From positions 30,563-94,562 of the forward strand of contig SVPI01000003.1 in NCBI GenBank assembly GCA_015065935.1: 64,000 nt of DNA, in the 5' to 3' direction. Made by a program: the position numbers and the translations under genes. The stretch comes from Oscillospiraceae bacterium (GTDB lineage: Bacteria > Bacillota > Clostridia > Oscillospirales > Acutalibacteraceae). This document shows positions 38,171-48,164 of the stretch, piece after piece. Each line of letters starts with the position of its first letter. The first letter of the stretch is position 1. Under the pieces are notes generated by a model. That model did not search any database. It saw only the letters and a list, made by a program, of their open reading frames with translations, and was not told where the DNA came from.

Positions 38171-38554
38171 ATGAAAAAAATTTGTGTTATTTTAGTGGTT
38201 ATTACCTTTATCATAACCGCCGTTAATTTAGTTTTTTCCTTTGGTGATACCTTCTTTTACGGTATTGAAGATTTACCCGAGGGCGAGTTTCTTTATTCCT
38301 CGCTTTCCCCTTCAGGTGAAAAAACCCTTAAAATTTACAGGGTTAAATCAAACCTTGGAAATGGGGTAAGAGGCGAGCTTGTTACCCTAAAGGAAAACGG
38401 TGAAATGGAAGAAAGTAATATCTTCTGGTGCACCGGCATAGAAAATGCGGTAACAGGCTGGATTAACGATTCGGTTGTTAAAATTAACAACACCGAAATT
38501 GACACCGCCAAAAACGAAATTTTTGATAGCAGACATATGATGGAAAATGAGTAA
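38171..38554 (+). CDS. Hypothetical membrane-anchored protein (127 aa)
   Basis: N-terminal TM helix ICVILVVITFIITAVNLVF followed by a soluble beta-rich domain. The ATG abuts the upstream stop (TAAATG). Confidence 0.55.
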   Translation: MKKICVILVVITFIITAVNLVFSFGDTFFYGIEDLPEGEFLYSSLSPSGEKTLKIYRVKSNLGNGVRGELVTLKENGEMEESNIFWCTGIENAVTGWINDSVVKINNTEIDTAKNEIFDSRHMMENE

Positions 38555-38561
38555 AAAAATA

Positions 38562-38594
38562 AAAGCGGAAGTTAAACTTCCGCTTTGTTTTTTG
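38562..38594. terminator. Bidirectional intrinsic terminator
   Basis: The stem aaagcggaagtt / aacttccgcttt is followed by GTTTTTT on the plus strand and preceded by an A-run, so it also serves the convergent minus-strand gene. Confidence 0.8.
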
Positions 38595-38598
38595 CCTC

Positions 38599-39972
38599 TT
38601 ATTTATTTGTAATGCAGTCGGCAACATAAATTCCCATAGCGCCCGACTGTGAAAGGCCGCGGCAAATTCCGCTTCCGTCACCAATAATATAAATGTTATC
38701 GGTAAGTTCAAACTTGTTGTTCATAAATACAGGGCGAATGGAGTAATATTTACTCTCACAGCCGTAAAGCAGTGTATCATCGTTTGCGGTACCGGGAGCC
38801 ACCTTATCAAGGGCGTAAATTGTTTCGATAATGTTGGTTAAAATGCGGTGGGGGAGAACGAGGGATAAATCACCTGCTGTTGCCTTAAGGGTGGGAATAA
38901 CGGTGTTTTGCGAAAGGCGGTGCTCGTTTGTTCTGCGACCTCTTATCAGGTCACCAAAGCGCTGAACCAAAACTGAATCCTTACCAATCATATTAGCAAG
39001 GCGGGAAATGCTTTCGGCGTATTCCGTGGGTTGGTCAAAGGGCTCGGTGAAGCGAATGCTTGAGAGAATTGCAAAGTTGCAGTTCTCGGTTTTCTTATCA
39101 GCCTGTGCAAATGAGTGTCCGTTTGCCGTGATAATTCCATGGTTATTTTCAGCCGATACAAGACCGCCCTTATTAAAGCAGAACATTCTGCAGCGGTCCT
39201 CAAAGGTCTTTGTTTTGTAAAGAATTTTAGGCTCGTAAATCTTATCCGAAAATTCTTTCCAGATAATGTCCTTCATTTCCACTCTGACACCAATATCAAT
39301 GTGGTTTGAACGCATATGAACACCGAAGGAGCGGCAGAGGTTTGATACAAAATTTGCACCGCCGCGGCCTGTTGCAATAATTATTTTTTGTGCAAAAATT
39401 TCCTCGCCGTTCGTGTAGGAAAGAATGTAACCGCCATCGGTTTTTGAAACGCTCTTGCAGTCATAGAAGGTGAGTAAATCGGTGCCTTCATCACTAATAG
39501 CGTTAATAAGGTTTTGCATTGTTTTATAGTTATTATCGGTGCCCAGGTGCTTAACATTCATATCAAGGAGTCGCAGGTTATTTTGCAGGCACTTAAGTTT
39601 TAAATCCTCATTTGAAAGGTAAACCTTTGCCGAGCCCGAATCACAGTAGGTATCAAGAATTTTGTCAACCTCGTTTATATACTGGTTGGCAACATCATCG
39701 CCAAGCTCCTCACCCAAGGTGCCGCCGTAGGCTGTACCAAGATTAAATTTACCATCGGAAAAGGCACCTGCTCCTGCATAACCGCTTGTAATGCTGCAGT
39801 TTTTGCAGTGCACGCAGGGGCTATTTTTACCGGCGGGGCAGTGCCTTTTTTCCAGCTTGTCCCCACGCTCGGTTATAACAATCTTTAAATCCTTATCATT
39901 TTTCTTTAAGCGGTAGGCCGCCATAAGGCCGCCAATGCCGCCGCCGATAATGGCTACATCATACTTACGCAT
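38599..39972 (-). CDS. FAD-dependent oxidoreductase (COG2509-like, function unknown)
   Basis: KYDVAIIGGGIGGLMAAY dinucleotide-binding motif and a C-terminal IIGDGSG. A CPAGKNSPCVHCKNC cysteine cluster follows the first beta-alpha-beta unit. Confidence 0.75.
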   Translation of the reverse strand: MRKYDVAIIGGGIGGLMAAYRLKKNDKDLKIVITERGDKLEKRHCPAGKNSPCVHCKNCSITSGYAGAGAFSDGKFNLGTAYGGTLGEELGDDVANQYINEVDKILDTYCDSGSAKVYLSNEDLKLKCLQNNLRLLDMNVKHLGTDNNYKTMQNLINAISDEGTDLLTFYDCKSVSKTDGGYILSYTNGEEIFAQKIIIATGRGGANFVSNLCRSFGVHMRSNHIDIGVRVEMKDIIWKEFSDKIYEPKILYKTKTFEDRCRMFCFNKGGLVSAENNHGIITANGHSFAQADKKTENCNFAILSSIRFTEPFDQPTEYAESISRLANMIGKDSVLVQRFGDLIRGRRTNEHRLSQNTVIPTLKATAGDLSLVLPHRILTNIIETIYALDKVAPGTANDDTLLYGCESKYYSIRPVFMNNKFELTDNIYIIGDGSGICRGLSQSGAMGIYVADCITNK

Positions 39973-40005
39973 AGAAATCTTATCCTTTCTTAATGAGAAT
40001 TAGTT

Positions 40006-42231
40006 TTAAATGAAATCTTTAAAGTTTTCATGGCAGGTGAAAAGAAGCACCTGGTTTTTGTTGGAAAATTCCTTTAAAAACTCAATGGCAAGTTTTGCCC
40101 TTTTGTCATCGTAACGCTCAAAGGAATCATCAAGGAAAATAGGGAAGGGATTGTTTTTGCCGAAAATCAGCTCGCAAAGTGCAAGGCGAAGGGCAAAGTA
40201 GGATTGGTCCTTTGTGCCGGCACTGAGTGCTTCAATATCCTTTTGACCAAAGGAGCCTTTTTCTTCAGCCGAAAGGCTAAGCGCCTTGCTTACCAGAACA
40301 TTGCTGTATTTTTCGCCTGTAATCTGAGAGAAAATTTCCGAAACCCTGTCGTTTAACTCGCCACCCCAGCTGCTTTGCATTTCATCTGAGGCTTCCTCTA
40401 AAACTGCCAAGGCTAAATCGAGGGCTGCACAAAATTCTTCCTGCCTTGAAATTTCCTCTAGCAGTTCAGTTATTTCACGTTCAATTGTTGCGGGAACGTG
40501 CAAACCGTGAAATTTTACCGCAATTGAATTTTCAAGTCTGAAAAATTCTTCATTTGCCTTTTCAATTCGGCTTTGCAAGGCTTCAAGGCGGATTTTTAAT
40601 TCACCTGTATGGGCGGTGTTTTCAGCATCTTCATTAACCGAAGAAACAATCCTTTCGGCCTCTTCGAAGCTTAAACCGCCAACGGCATCTTTTAAAACCG
40701 AAACCTTGCTATCAATAGAAGCGGAATCTTTTAAAAGCTTTGAAAGACTTTCAATTTTTTCCTCTGCCGTTAAGCCGCCTGTTTTTGGCAAAGCAAGGAA
40801 AAGTTTTTCAAGTTGCTCTTCTGCTTTTGCAAGTTCCGTTTTCAGCTCATAAATTTCCTTGTGCTGTTGTTGTGAGCTCTTTGAAAGTTCCAAAAGCTGT
40901 TGCCTTTTTTTATCAAGAATATTTAATTCATCGTTTGTTTTATTAAGCGCCGTTTTATAATCTAAAATTTCCTCGCGCGCTTTAAGCGAGGCTTTTTGCT
41001 CCTTTTTCGAGGCAACAATTTGCAAAACAAACAATAAAACAAGCCAAAAGGCAGCGCCAACGAATAAAGTAACTGCAAATTTCTCGCCTAAAACCACACC
41101 TAATATTGCAAAAACTGCCGCAAGACAACCAAGTAAAACCGAAGTTAGAATCGGTTTTACTTTCGAAACGTTTTTAGCGCCAAAAACAACCGATTCTTTT
41201 TCGTGAATTTCTTTTTCAAGTTCCGCTTTCTTTGCCAAAGCGGCTGTGATTTTCTCATTTACGGCATTAAACTCTTGTTCGTCGAAAGGGGCATTTTGCG
41301 TATTAACGGCATTTTTTTGCAACAAAGAATTTTTAATGCGACCTATGTCGGCGCAAAGCTGCCTTAAAATAATAATGTGATTTTCGTTTAAAAAAGAGCC
41401 ATCCTCTAAAGTAAGTTTGCTTTTTAAAACCATTTGGTTTTTAAAATAAGAAACGTATTCTTTAATTGCCGAAAGCTTTTCAATTTCCGTATTGCGCTCA
41501 ATTTGAGTTTTAAGTTCTTTTTCATCCCTTTTTAAGTTGTCAACAAGGGTTTTAATTTCATCGAGCTTATATAAGTTTTGCTCTCTTTCGGCGTAGGCTT
41601 GCTTTTCACTTAAAAGGGTGTTTTGAAGCTCGTCTGCTTTAATTTTTGCCTTGTCGCACACACCAATTTTTCCGCCTCTTGACAGCAGGTGGTGCTTTGC
41701 ATCAAGCAAATTTTTTGAAACGGCAGTTACCGAAATATCCTCATCACCGCTTGTCACAATGTTGGCAAGCTTTTTGTTTATTTCACCAAGCACTGTGCTT
41801 TCGGTCTCACTGTCGCTGAGCGCGCCAATGAAAAGCGTGCGCTCAAAGCAGGCAAGAGAGCACCCAAAAAGCTTTTCTCCAAGGCTTTCTTTAGGAGAAA
41901 CCTCTAAAACAGATGAACTGTTAAGATTTATTATTTTAATTTTATCGTGAGAGTTTGTGGCGGCAAATTCCCTTTCAATGCGGTAGGGCACACCATCTTT
42001 TGTAAACTCAATGCTACCGGCATATTTTTCGCCACTCCAGGGAATGTATTTCTTTCGGTCAACACCTGCTTTGCCGCCGGCTGTGCCAAAGAAAATCATT
42101 TTAATAAAGGCCATTAGCGTTGTTTTGCCAAACTCATTTTCACCGTAAATAAGGTTTAACCCATCATTTAAAGTGAGGTCAAAGTTTGTAAGCTTTCCAA
42201 AGGCATTAATGTGGATTTTGTTAATTTTCAT
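40006..42231 (-). CDS. yhaN: SMC/Rad50-like AAA ATPase, SbcE/YhaN-like
   Basis: N-terminal INAFGKL...GENEFGKTT Walker A, long coiled-coil-like Glu/Lys-rich arms, and C-terminal LSAGTKDQ (signature) and IFLDDSF (Walker B). ATG at 42231 overlaps the upstream nuclease gene by 11 nt. Confidence 0.8.
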   Translation of the reverse strand: MKINKIHINAFGKLTNFDLTLNDGLNLIYGENEFGKTTLMAFIKMIFFGTAGGKAGVDRKKYIPWSGEKYAGSIEFTKDGVPYRIEREFAATNSHDKIKIINLNSSSVLEVSPKESLGEKLFGCSLACFERTLFIGALSDSETESTVLGEINKKLANIVTSGDEDISVTAVSKNLLDAKHHLLSRGGKIGVCDKAKIKADELQNTLLSEKQAYAEREQNLYKLDEIKTLVDNLKRDEKELKTQIERNTEIEKLSAIKEYVSYFKNQMVLKSKLTLEDGSFLNENHIIILRQLCADIGRIKNSLLQKNAVNTQNAPFDEQEFNAVNEKITAALAKKAELEKEIHEKESVVFGAKNVSKVKPILTSVLLGCLAAVFAILGVVLGEKFAVTLFVGAAFWLVLLFVLQIVASKKEQKASLKAREEILDYKTALNKTNDELNILDKKRQQLLELSKSSQQQHKEIYELKTELAKAEEQLEKLFLALPKTGGLTAEEKIESLSKLLKDSASIDSKVSVLKDAVGGLSFEEAERIVSSVNEDAENTAHTGELKIRLEALQSRIEKANEEFFRLENSIAVKFHGLHVPATIEREITELLEEISRQEEFCAALDLALAVLEEASDEMQSSWGGELNDRVSEIFSQITGEKYSNVLVSKALSLSAEEKGSFGQKDIEALSAGTKDQSYFALRLALCELIFGKNNPFPIFLDDSFERYDDKRAKLAIEFLKEFSNKNQVLLFTCHENFKDFI

Positions 42232-43348
42232 CGTAATCCACCTCGCTTTCGAAAGCGTTAAGGCCAAGGGTTAAAGCCTTTTTTAAAAGCGCAGCTTCAT
42301 CGCCTTTGGCAGTGTCAATTCGGTTGAGCATTTTTTTAACAAAAATGCCCCGCAGGGTGTGCTCCCTGGCAATAAGAGCGTAATCAATTTCCTTTTCGGT
42401 GCTGTTTTTAAGCTTAACAAAGAAAAGCAGGGGAGAAAGGCCTGCAAGCACCGAGTGAATTTGCAGGGTGAAATCGGAAGGCAATTTGCCGACTAGTTCA
42501 ATTTTATAAAGATTATTGCTAAAAGCCTCGCCATAGTTTTCCTTAAGGTAGTTAAGTACTTTTGAAATTACCATTTCGGTGGTAACGGCACCCGAAATGT
42601 CAATACGGCAAAGCAGGTGCTGCCTTACGGCAAAGGGAACGAACTTAGATTTTAAAACGCCATCTGTAATCTGAATTTCCCAGGCGCCCTTTTCACCCAG
42701 CTCATCAAAGCCTTGTCCCTCAGGGCAACCGGAGTAGGCATAAGCGGTGTTACCTGCTTTTTTAATGGGGGAAGCCAGGTGAACATGGCCAAGCGCAATG
42801 TAATCCATACCGCTGTTTTGAATTTTTTCGGTATCAATAAAACGGTAATCGCTTGCGCAGTTTTGCAGCTCACCGTGTAAAACAGCAATGTTAAAGGTAT
42901 CCTTTGTAACGCCGGCATTAAAGCCCTTAAAAGCACCCTCAAAAACACTTTTGAAGGAGCAACCGTAAATTTTTGCATTCAGGTCTTCTAAAAAAAGGCA
43001 GTCGTTATCAGTGGATAAAACAAAAACATTTTCGGGAAGCTTTTCGTTTAAAAATGGGGAATCGGAGGAAAGAGGGTCGTGGTTTCCTGCGGCAAATATA
43101 AATTTAACCGAGGAATATTCACTGAAAATGCCAAAAACCTCACTAACAAGCGAGGTGTCAATTTTATTCGAATCGAAAAGGTCGCCTGCAATAAGCATAA
43201 GAGGAATGGAGTTTATGTGGCAGTGCTGTGCCATTCTCCTAAAGGTGGCAACGGTTTCCCTTTGCCTGCGCGATGCCAGGTGACCGAGATAGCCGTTGGC
43301 GGCGCCAATGTGCACATCGGCAGTATGTAAAAATTTAAGGCTTGGCAT
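42221..43348 (-). CDS. yhaO: Calcineurin-like metallophosphoesterase, SbcD/Mre11-like nuclease (SbcF/YhaO-like)
   Basis: LHTADVHIG, IAGDLFD, GNHD and LGHVH motifs. I moved the start to ATG at 43348 (MPSLKFLH...); the annotated upstream extension would overlap alr. Confidence 0.8.
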   Translation of the reverse strand: MPSLKFLHTADVHIGAANGYLGHLASRRQRETVATFRRMAQHCHINSIPLMLIAGDLFDSNKIDTSLVSEVFGIFSEYSSVKFIFAAGNHDPLSSDSPFLNEKLPENVFVLSTDNDCLFLEDLNAKIYGCSFKSVFEGAFKGFNAGVTKDTFNIAVLHGELQNCASDYRFIDTEKIQNSGMDYIALGHVHLASPIKKAGNTAYAYSGCPEGQGFDELGEKGAWEIQITDGVLKSKFVPFAVRQHLLCRIDISGAVTTEMVISKVLNYLKENYGEAFSNNLYKIELVGKLPSDFTLQIHSVLAGLSPLLFFVKLKNSTEKEIDYALIAREHTLRGIFVKKMLNRIDTAKGDEAALLKKALTLGLNAFESEVDYDEN

Positions 43349-43355
43349 TTTTAAC

Positions 43356-44477
43356 CTATCCTTTTTTAATAATTCTCGGCACTCTTTTAGAAATGCCGCA
43401 AATAATTTCATAGTGAATTGTGCCCGAAAGGCGCGCAAGCTCGCCGGCTGAAAGCTCCTTGCCGAAAAGAATAACCTCATCGCCCTCTGAGACACCATCA
43501 ATTTCGCTTATATCAACACAAAATTGGTCCATACAAACTCTGCCCACAATGGGAGCCCTTTTGCCGTTTATTAAAACACAACCCTTGCCCGAAAGGTGCC
43601 TTGGATAACCATCGCCATAGCCCGCGGGTATGGTTGCAATCTTCATATCATTTTGCGCCTTAAAGGTTCTGCCGTAGCTTACGGTTTCACCCTTTTTAAT
43701 GTTTTTAACAAGGGATATAACCGATTTAAGGGTCATAACAGGAACAAGGCCATTGTCCGTATTAGTTGGGCTTAGTCCATAAAGCACAATACCGGGGCGG
43801 CAGGCATCAAAACGGTTGTTTTCATCTAAAAACATTGCCGCAGAGTTACAGCAGTGGCAAATGTTAATTTTATATCCTGCGTTTTTAATAATATCGGTGG
43901 TTTTTGTAAAACGGCTAAGCTGTGCCTTTGTGAATGATAAGTCGGGGTCACCATCGCCATCACTTGAGGCAAAGTGGGTGAATACACCATCAAAAATAAG
44001 ATTAGAAAGTTTTAGGGTTTCGAGAATTTGTTTAATTTCAGGAAGCTCATCACTGCGGCAGTCAAAACCAATTCTACCCATACCTGTATCAAGCTTTAAA
44101 TGGAATTTAACAAAAACACCCTGCTTTTTTGCATTTTCCGAAAGCCTTTTTGCAAAGGTAAGGGAATAAACCGCTTGAATAATATTATTTTCGGCAAGAA
44201 TCTTTGCCTGGGTTTCAGGGGTGTATCCTAAAATAAGAATGGGGATTTCACGGTCAATTTTTCTAATTTCTAAAGCTTCATCAATGTTGGAAACGGCAAA
44301 GGCATCGGTTTTCTCATCAAGAAGAACCTTAACAACATTATCCAGACCGTGACCGTAGGCATCGGCTTTAACAACGCTGAAAATTTTTGCTCCCTTTGCA
44401 TTTTTCCTAACAAGATTAAAATTATGTACAAGGGCATCTATGTCAATTTCAGCCCAGGTGCGATGTAAAAATTCCAT
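43356..44477 (-). CDS. alr: Alanine racemase
   Basis: VVKADAYGHG (PLP lysine motif) and the C-terminal YEIICGISKRVPR. Confidence 0.95.
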   Translation of the reverse strand: MEFLHRTWAEIDIDALVHNFNLVRKNAKGAKIFSVVKADAYGHGLDNVVKVLLDEKTDAFAVSNIDEALEIRKIDREIPILILGYTPETQAKILAENNIIQAVYSLTFAKRLSENAKKQGVFVKFHLKLDTGMGRIGFDCRSDELPEIKQILETLKLSNLIFDGVFTHFASSDGDGDPDLSFTKAQLSRFTKTTDIIKNAGYKINICHCCNSAAMFLDENNRFDACRPGIVLYGLSPTNTDNGLVPVMTLKSVISLVKNIKKGETVSYGRTFKAQNDMKIATIPAGYGDGYPRHLSGKGCVLINGKRAPIVGRVCMDQFCVDISEIDGVSEGDEVILFGKELSAGELARLSGTIHYEIICGISKRVPRIIKKG

Positions 44478-44497
44478 AAGAATCCCTCCGACTAATC

Positions 44498-44526
44498 ATT
44501 ATACTATATTTCTTTTATTATTGCAA
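44498..44526 (-). promoter_or_regulatory. Sigma-A type promoter of alr
   Basis: The minus strand reads TTGCAA, a 17-nt spacer, then TATAAT, about 20 nt before the alr RBS GGAGGG. Confidence 0.6.
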
Positions 44527-44531
44527 ATATA

Positions 44532-44918
44532 TTATTTACTAAGTCTTTTGTGAATTTTTGCCGAAAATGGAATGGCAAAAAGGCTCAAAAGTCCCCAAAG
44601 AAGGGTGAAAACAGGGCAAATCTGACCCAAAATATTAAGGGGCATTTTGCTGTAGTCCCAAACCTTCTTTTTAAGCCATAAATTTACAATGCACCCTGTT
44701 ATAAATTCAACCGCAGTTACCATTAATGCACCAATGGCAGCAAGAAAAAACGGTTTATGATTTTTCGAATTTTTGCCTATTGCGGCAAAGGCGTTAAAGC
44801 AAATTCCACCTGCAAAAAACATTGAAACGTGGGTGTAGCCCCGCCATAGAATTTCAATAAGGTTGTAGCCTATTCCGCCAATAAGAAACATCAGGGAAAA
44901 GCATTTGATTTTTCGCAT
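44532..44918 (-). CDS. Small multi-pass membrane protein (ABC_trans_CmpB/DUF1113-like)
   Basis: Four hydrophobic helices with an IEILWRG...W motif near the N-terminus. I moved the start to ATG at 44918 (MRKIKCF...); the longer ORF would run through the ychF terminator. Confidence 0.55.
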   Translation of the reverse strand: MRKIKCFSLMFLIGGIGYNLIEILWRGYTHVSMFFAGGICFNAFAAIGKNSKNHKPFFLAAIGALMVTAVEFITGCIVNLWLKKKVWDYSKMPLNILGQICPVFTLLWGLLSLFAIPFSAKIHKRLSK

Positions 44919-44943
44919 AATATCACCCAAGCTTATTATGCGC

Positions 44944-44976
44944 AAAAAAATACCCGACATCACTTGATGTCGGGTA
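44944..44976 (-). terminator. Intrinsic terminator after ychF
   Basis: The minus strand forms acccgacatca / tgatgtcgggt. It is followed by ATTTTTTTG. Confidence 0.8.
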
Positions 44977-44982
44977 AAAATA

Positions 44983-46077
44983 TTAAACATTAAAGCGGAA
45001 CAGAACAACATCGCCATCCTGCATAACATATTCCTTGCCCTCGCTTCGAACAAGGCCTTTTTCGCGGGCGGCTACCATACTGCCGCATTCCATAAGCTTT
45101 TCAAAGGCGATAACCTCGGCTCTGATAAAGCCACGCTCAAAATCCGAGTGAATTTTACCTGCGGCCTGGGGCGCCTTTGTGCCCTCCTTAATGGTCCAGG
45201 CTCTAACCTCGGGCTGACCTGCTGTAAGATAGGAAATAAGACCCAAAAGGGAATAGCAGGTTTTAATAAGGCGGTCAAGGCCGGATTGTGCGAGGCCCAA
45301 ATCCTCAAGGAAAAGGATTTTTTCTTCATAATCAAGCCCCGCGATTTCTGATTCAAGGGAGGCGCAAATGGGAAGGGTTTGGGCATTTTCCTTTGCGGCA
45401 ATTTCTTTTACTTTTTTAAAGCGGACATTTTCCTCAATGTTATTTTTGAAATCATCCTCGCTCATATTGCAGGCGTAAATAACAGGCTTTGAGGAAAGCA
45501 GTGCAGTTGTGTTTAAAATCTCCTGCTCGGTTTCATCTGCCTCCACGGCGCGGGCGGGAATGCCTTGTTCTAAGGAGGCGAGCAGACGTTTCAAAAAGTC
45601 AACCTCTGCCTGCATTCCTTTGTCACCTTTAAGTGCCTTGGTGGCACGGTCAAGGCGGCGCTGAACCATTTCCATATCGGAGAAAATAAGCTCAAGGTTA
45701 ATGATTTCAATATCCCTTTCAGGGTCAACACTGCCCTCAACGTGAATAATATCATCGTTTTCAAAACAGCGAACAACGTGAACAACGGCATCAACCTCCC
45801 TTATGTGGGAGAGGAATTTGTTGCCAAGGCCCTCACCCTTCGAGGCACCCTTTACAAGGCCTGCAATGTCAACAAATTCAATAACAGCGGGGGTGAATTT
45901 TTCGGGGTTATAAAGTTTTGCCAGGGCATCCATTCTTTCATCCGGCACACAAACCATACCAACGTTTGGCTCAATAGTACAAAAGGGGTAGTTTGCCGAC
46001 TGCGCGCCCGCATTTGTAATAGCATTAAAAAGTGTTGATTTGCCAACGTTGGGCAAACCCACAATACCAAGTTTCAT
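44983..46077 (-). CDS. ychF: Redox-regulated ribosome-binding ATPase YchF
   Basis: [20 protein letters not shown]-loop and a C-terminal TGS-like [21 protein letters not shown] at 46077 follows AAGGAG. Confidence 0.95.
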   Translation of the reverse strand: MKLGIVGLPNVGKSTLFNAITNAGAQSANYPFCTIEPNVGMVCVPDERMDALAKLYNPEKFTPAVIEFVDIAGLVKGASKGEGLGNKFLSHIREVDAVVHVVRCFENDDIIHVEGSVDPERDIEIINLELIFSDMEMVQRRLDRATKALKGDKGMQAEVDFLKRLLASLEQGIPARAVEADETEQEILNTTALLSSKPVIYACNMSEDDFKNNIEENVRFKKVKEIAAKENAQTLPICASLESEIAGLDYEEKILFLEDLGLAQSGLDRLIKTCYSLLGLISYLTAGQPEVRAWTIKEGTKAPQAAGKIHSDFERGFIRAEVIAFEKLMECGSMVAAREKGLVRSEGKEYVMQDGDVVLFRFNV

Positions 46078-46223
46078 AAAATAGACTCCTTCAACTGTAA
46101 AACATTCATTTTCTACAATTATACAGCGAAAATTTTGTAATATCAAGAGAAATAAATATCTTTTCTTTTTTATCAATATGGGTTATAATAAATCTAATGA
46201 TATTTATTAGTGAGGTGCTTGGT

Positions 46224-47186
46224 ATGAATTCAGGCTTTTCTGTTACGCTGAAAAGAATTATGGATGAGTTTTCTCTTGAAATACTATATCTGCCCAAAGA
46301 GCCACAGGATATAGTAATTGAAAATACCGAGATAAATCGTCCCGGACTTCAGCTTGCAGGCTACTATGAGTTTTTTGATGCAGATAGAATTCAGATTATC
46401 GGTAAAAGTGAAGAGGCCTACATAACCAAATTTTCCGAATCTGACAGGGAAAAGAGGGTTGAAGCCTTCTTTGAAAAGAAGCCCTGTGCTGTTATTGTTA
46501 CAAGGAACCTTCCCTTGCAGGAAATTTATAAGGCTTCGGCTGAAAAATATGGTGTTCCGCTTCTTCGTACGAAGGATTCCACATCGGAATTTACCTCTGC
46601 GCTCATTGCCTTTTTAAATGTCCAGCTGGCTCCGAGGGTTACCCGCCACGGTGTTTTGGTTGAGGTTTACGGTGAAGGTATTTTGCTTCTCGGCGAAAGT
46701 GGTGTTGGTAAAAGTGAAACAGCCATTGAGCTTGTTAAGCGCGGCCACCGCCTTATTGCCGATGATGCGGTTGAAATCAGGCGTGTTTCCAGCAAATCCC
46801 TTGTTGGTACAGCCCCCGATAATATTCGCCACTTTATTGAGCTTCGCGGTATAGGCATTATAAATGCCAGCCGAATTTTCGGTGTGGGCGCGGTAAAACT
46901 CACCGAGAAAATTGATATGATTGTTAATCTCGAGCCCTGGGATGTTAACAAGGTTTATGATAGAATGGGTCTTGAAAACAAAACCACCAATATTCTGGAT
47001 TTGGAAATTCCCTCGGTTACAATTCCTGTAAAGCCCGGTCGAAACCTTGCCGTTATTATTGAGGTTGCGGCAATGAACAATCGCCAGAAAAAGCTTGGCT
47101 ACAACGCGGCAGAGGACCTGCTCTCTCGCCTCGGTATGTCTGATGATATGAAGCCTGCAGGAGAAACACAGGTTAAAGCGTTCTAA
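46224..47186 (+). CDS. hprK: HPr kinase/phosphorylase
   Basis: LLGESGVGKSETAIELVKRGHRLIADDAVEI P-loop segment and LEIPSVTIPVKPGRN. ATG at 46224 follows GTGAGGTG. Confidence 0.95.
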   Translation: MNSGFSVTLKRIMDEFSLEILYLPKEPQDIVIENTEINRPGLQLAGYYEFFDADRIQIIGKSEEAYITKFSESDREKRVEAFFEKKPCAVIVTRNLPLQEIYKASAEKYGVPLLRTKDSTSEFTSALIAFLNVQLAPRVTRHGVLVEVYGEGILLLGESGVGKSETAIELVKRGHRLIADDAVEIRRVSSKSLVGTAPDNIRHFIELRGIGIINASRIFGVGAVKLTEKIDMIVNLEPWDVNKVYDRMGLENKTTNILDLEIPSVTIPVKPGRNLAVIIEVAAMNNRQKKLGYNAAEDLLSRLGMSDDMKPAGETQVKAF

Positions 47187-47200
47187 AAGGAGAAATTAAA

Positions 47201-48157
47201 ATGTACAGATTAGGAATAGATTTAGGCGGCACCAATATTGCGGCAGGTGTTGTTGATGAGGATTATAAAATTATCGGCACAGGAAAGGTAAAAACAGGTG
47301 CCCACCGTTCAAACGATGAAATTGCCGATGATATGGCAAATGCTGCTCGCATGGCAATTAAGGATGCAGGTATTGACATTAGCGAAATTACGGCAATGGG
47401 AATAGGCTCCCCGGGTTCTGTAATTCCCTCAAAGGGTATTGTTGCAACCTCTAACAATTTAAAATTCAGCAACCTGCCTCTTTGCGCAATGATGAAGGAG
47501 CGCCTTGGCGTTGATTTTTACATTGAAAACGATGCTAACGCTGCTGCCTATGGCGAGCTTTTAGCAGGCGCAGGCAAGGGCTGCAAGAATTTTGTTGCCA
47601 TTACACTTGGTACAGGTGTTGGCAGTGGAATTATTATTGATGGTAAAATTTTCTCCGGCTCAAATAATGCAGGCGGTGAGCTTGGCCATACCGTTATTGT
47701 TGTTGATGGGGAAGCTTGTACCTGCGGTAGAAAGGGCTGCTGGGAAACCTATGCTTCGGCAACGGCACTTATCCGCCAAACCAAGGCCGAAATGAAGGCT
47801 AATAAGGAAAGTGTAATGTGGAAGCTTTGTGACGGCGATATTGACCGTGTAAACGGAAAAACCGCCTTTGATGCAATGCGTGAAAATGATGAATCGGGTA
47901 TAAAGGTTGTGAAGGAGTACCTTCGCTATGTTGCCATTGGCATTACAAATGTAATAAACATTTTCCAGCCCGAAGTATTATGTATTGGTGGCGGCATTTC
48001 AAAAGAGGGCGATGTTCTTACAAAGCCTATTACCCAACTTGTTACAAATGAACGCTATTCCAAGAATATTGAAAAACAAACCGTTGTTAAAGTTGCCGCT
48101 TTAGGCAACGATGCAGGCATTATTGGCGCCGCATTCCTCGATAAACTTTACAGGTAG
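47201..48157 (+). CDS. glcK: ROK-family glucokinase
   Basis: IDLGGTNIAAG, GELGH, and the CTCGRKGCWE zinc motif of ROK kinases. Confidence 0.85.
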   Translation: MYRLGIDLGGTNIAAGVVDEDYKIIGTGKVKTGAHRSNDEIADDMANAARMAIKDAGIDISEITAMGIGSPGSVIPSKGIVATSNNLKFSNLPLCAMMKERLGVDFYIENDANAAAYGELLAGAGKGCKNFVAITLGTGVGSGIIIDGKIFSGSNNAGGELGHTVIVVDGEACTCGRKGCWETYASATALIRQTKAEMKANKESVMWKLCDGDIDRVNGKTAFDAMRENDESGIKVVKEYLRYVAIGITNVINIFQPEVLCIGGGISKEGDVLTKPITQLVTNERYSKNIEKQTVVKVAALGNDAGIIGAAFLDKLYR

Positions 48158-48164
48158 TGATTTT

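Noticed and set aside
42221-43501. Long N-terminal extensions offered by the ORF track (here 51 extra codons; likewise for 44532-45053, 44983-46176, 17506, 18684, 25622, 48111, 49063, 62875 and others)
   Set aside because: The extensions overlap the upstream gene or a terminator and lack an RBS. Internal starts with good Shine-Dalgarno sequences coincide with the conserved N-termini, for example MPSLKFLHTADVHIG and [14 protein letters not shown].
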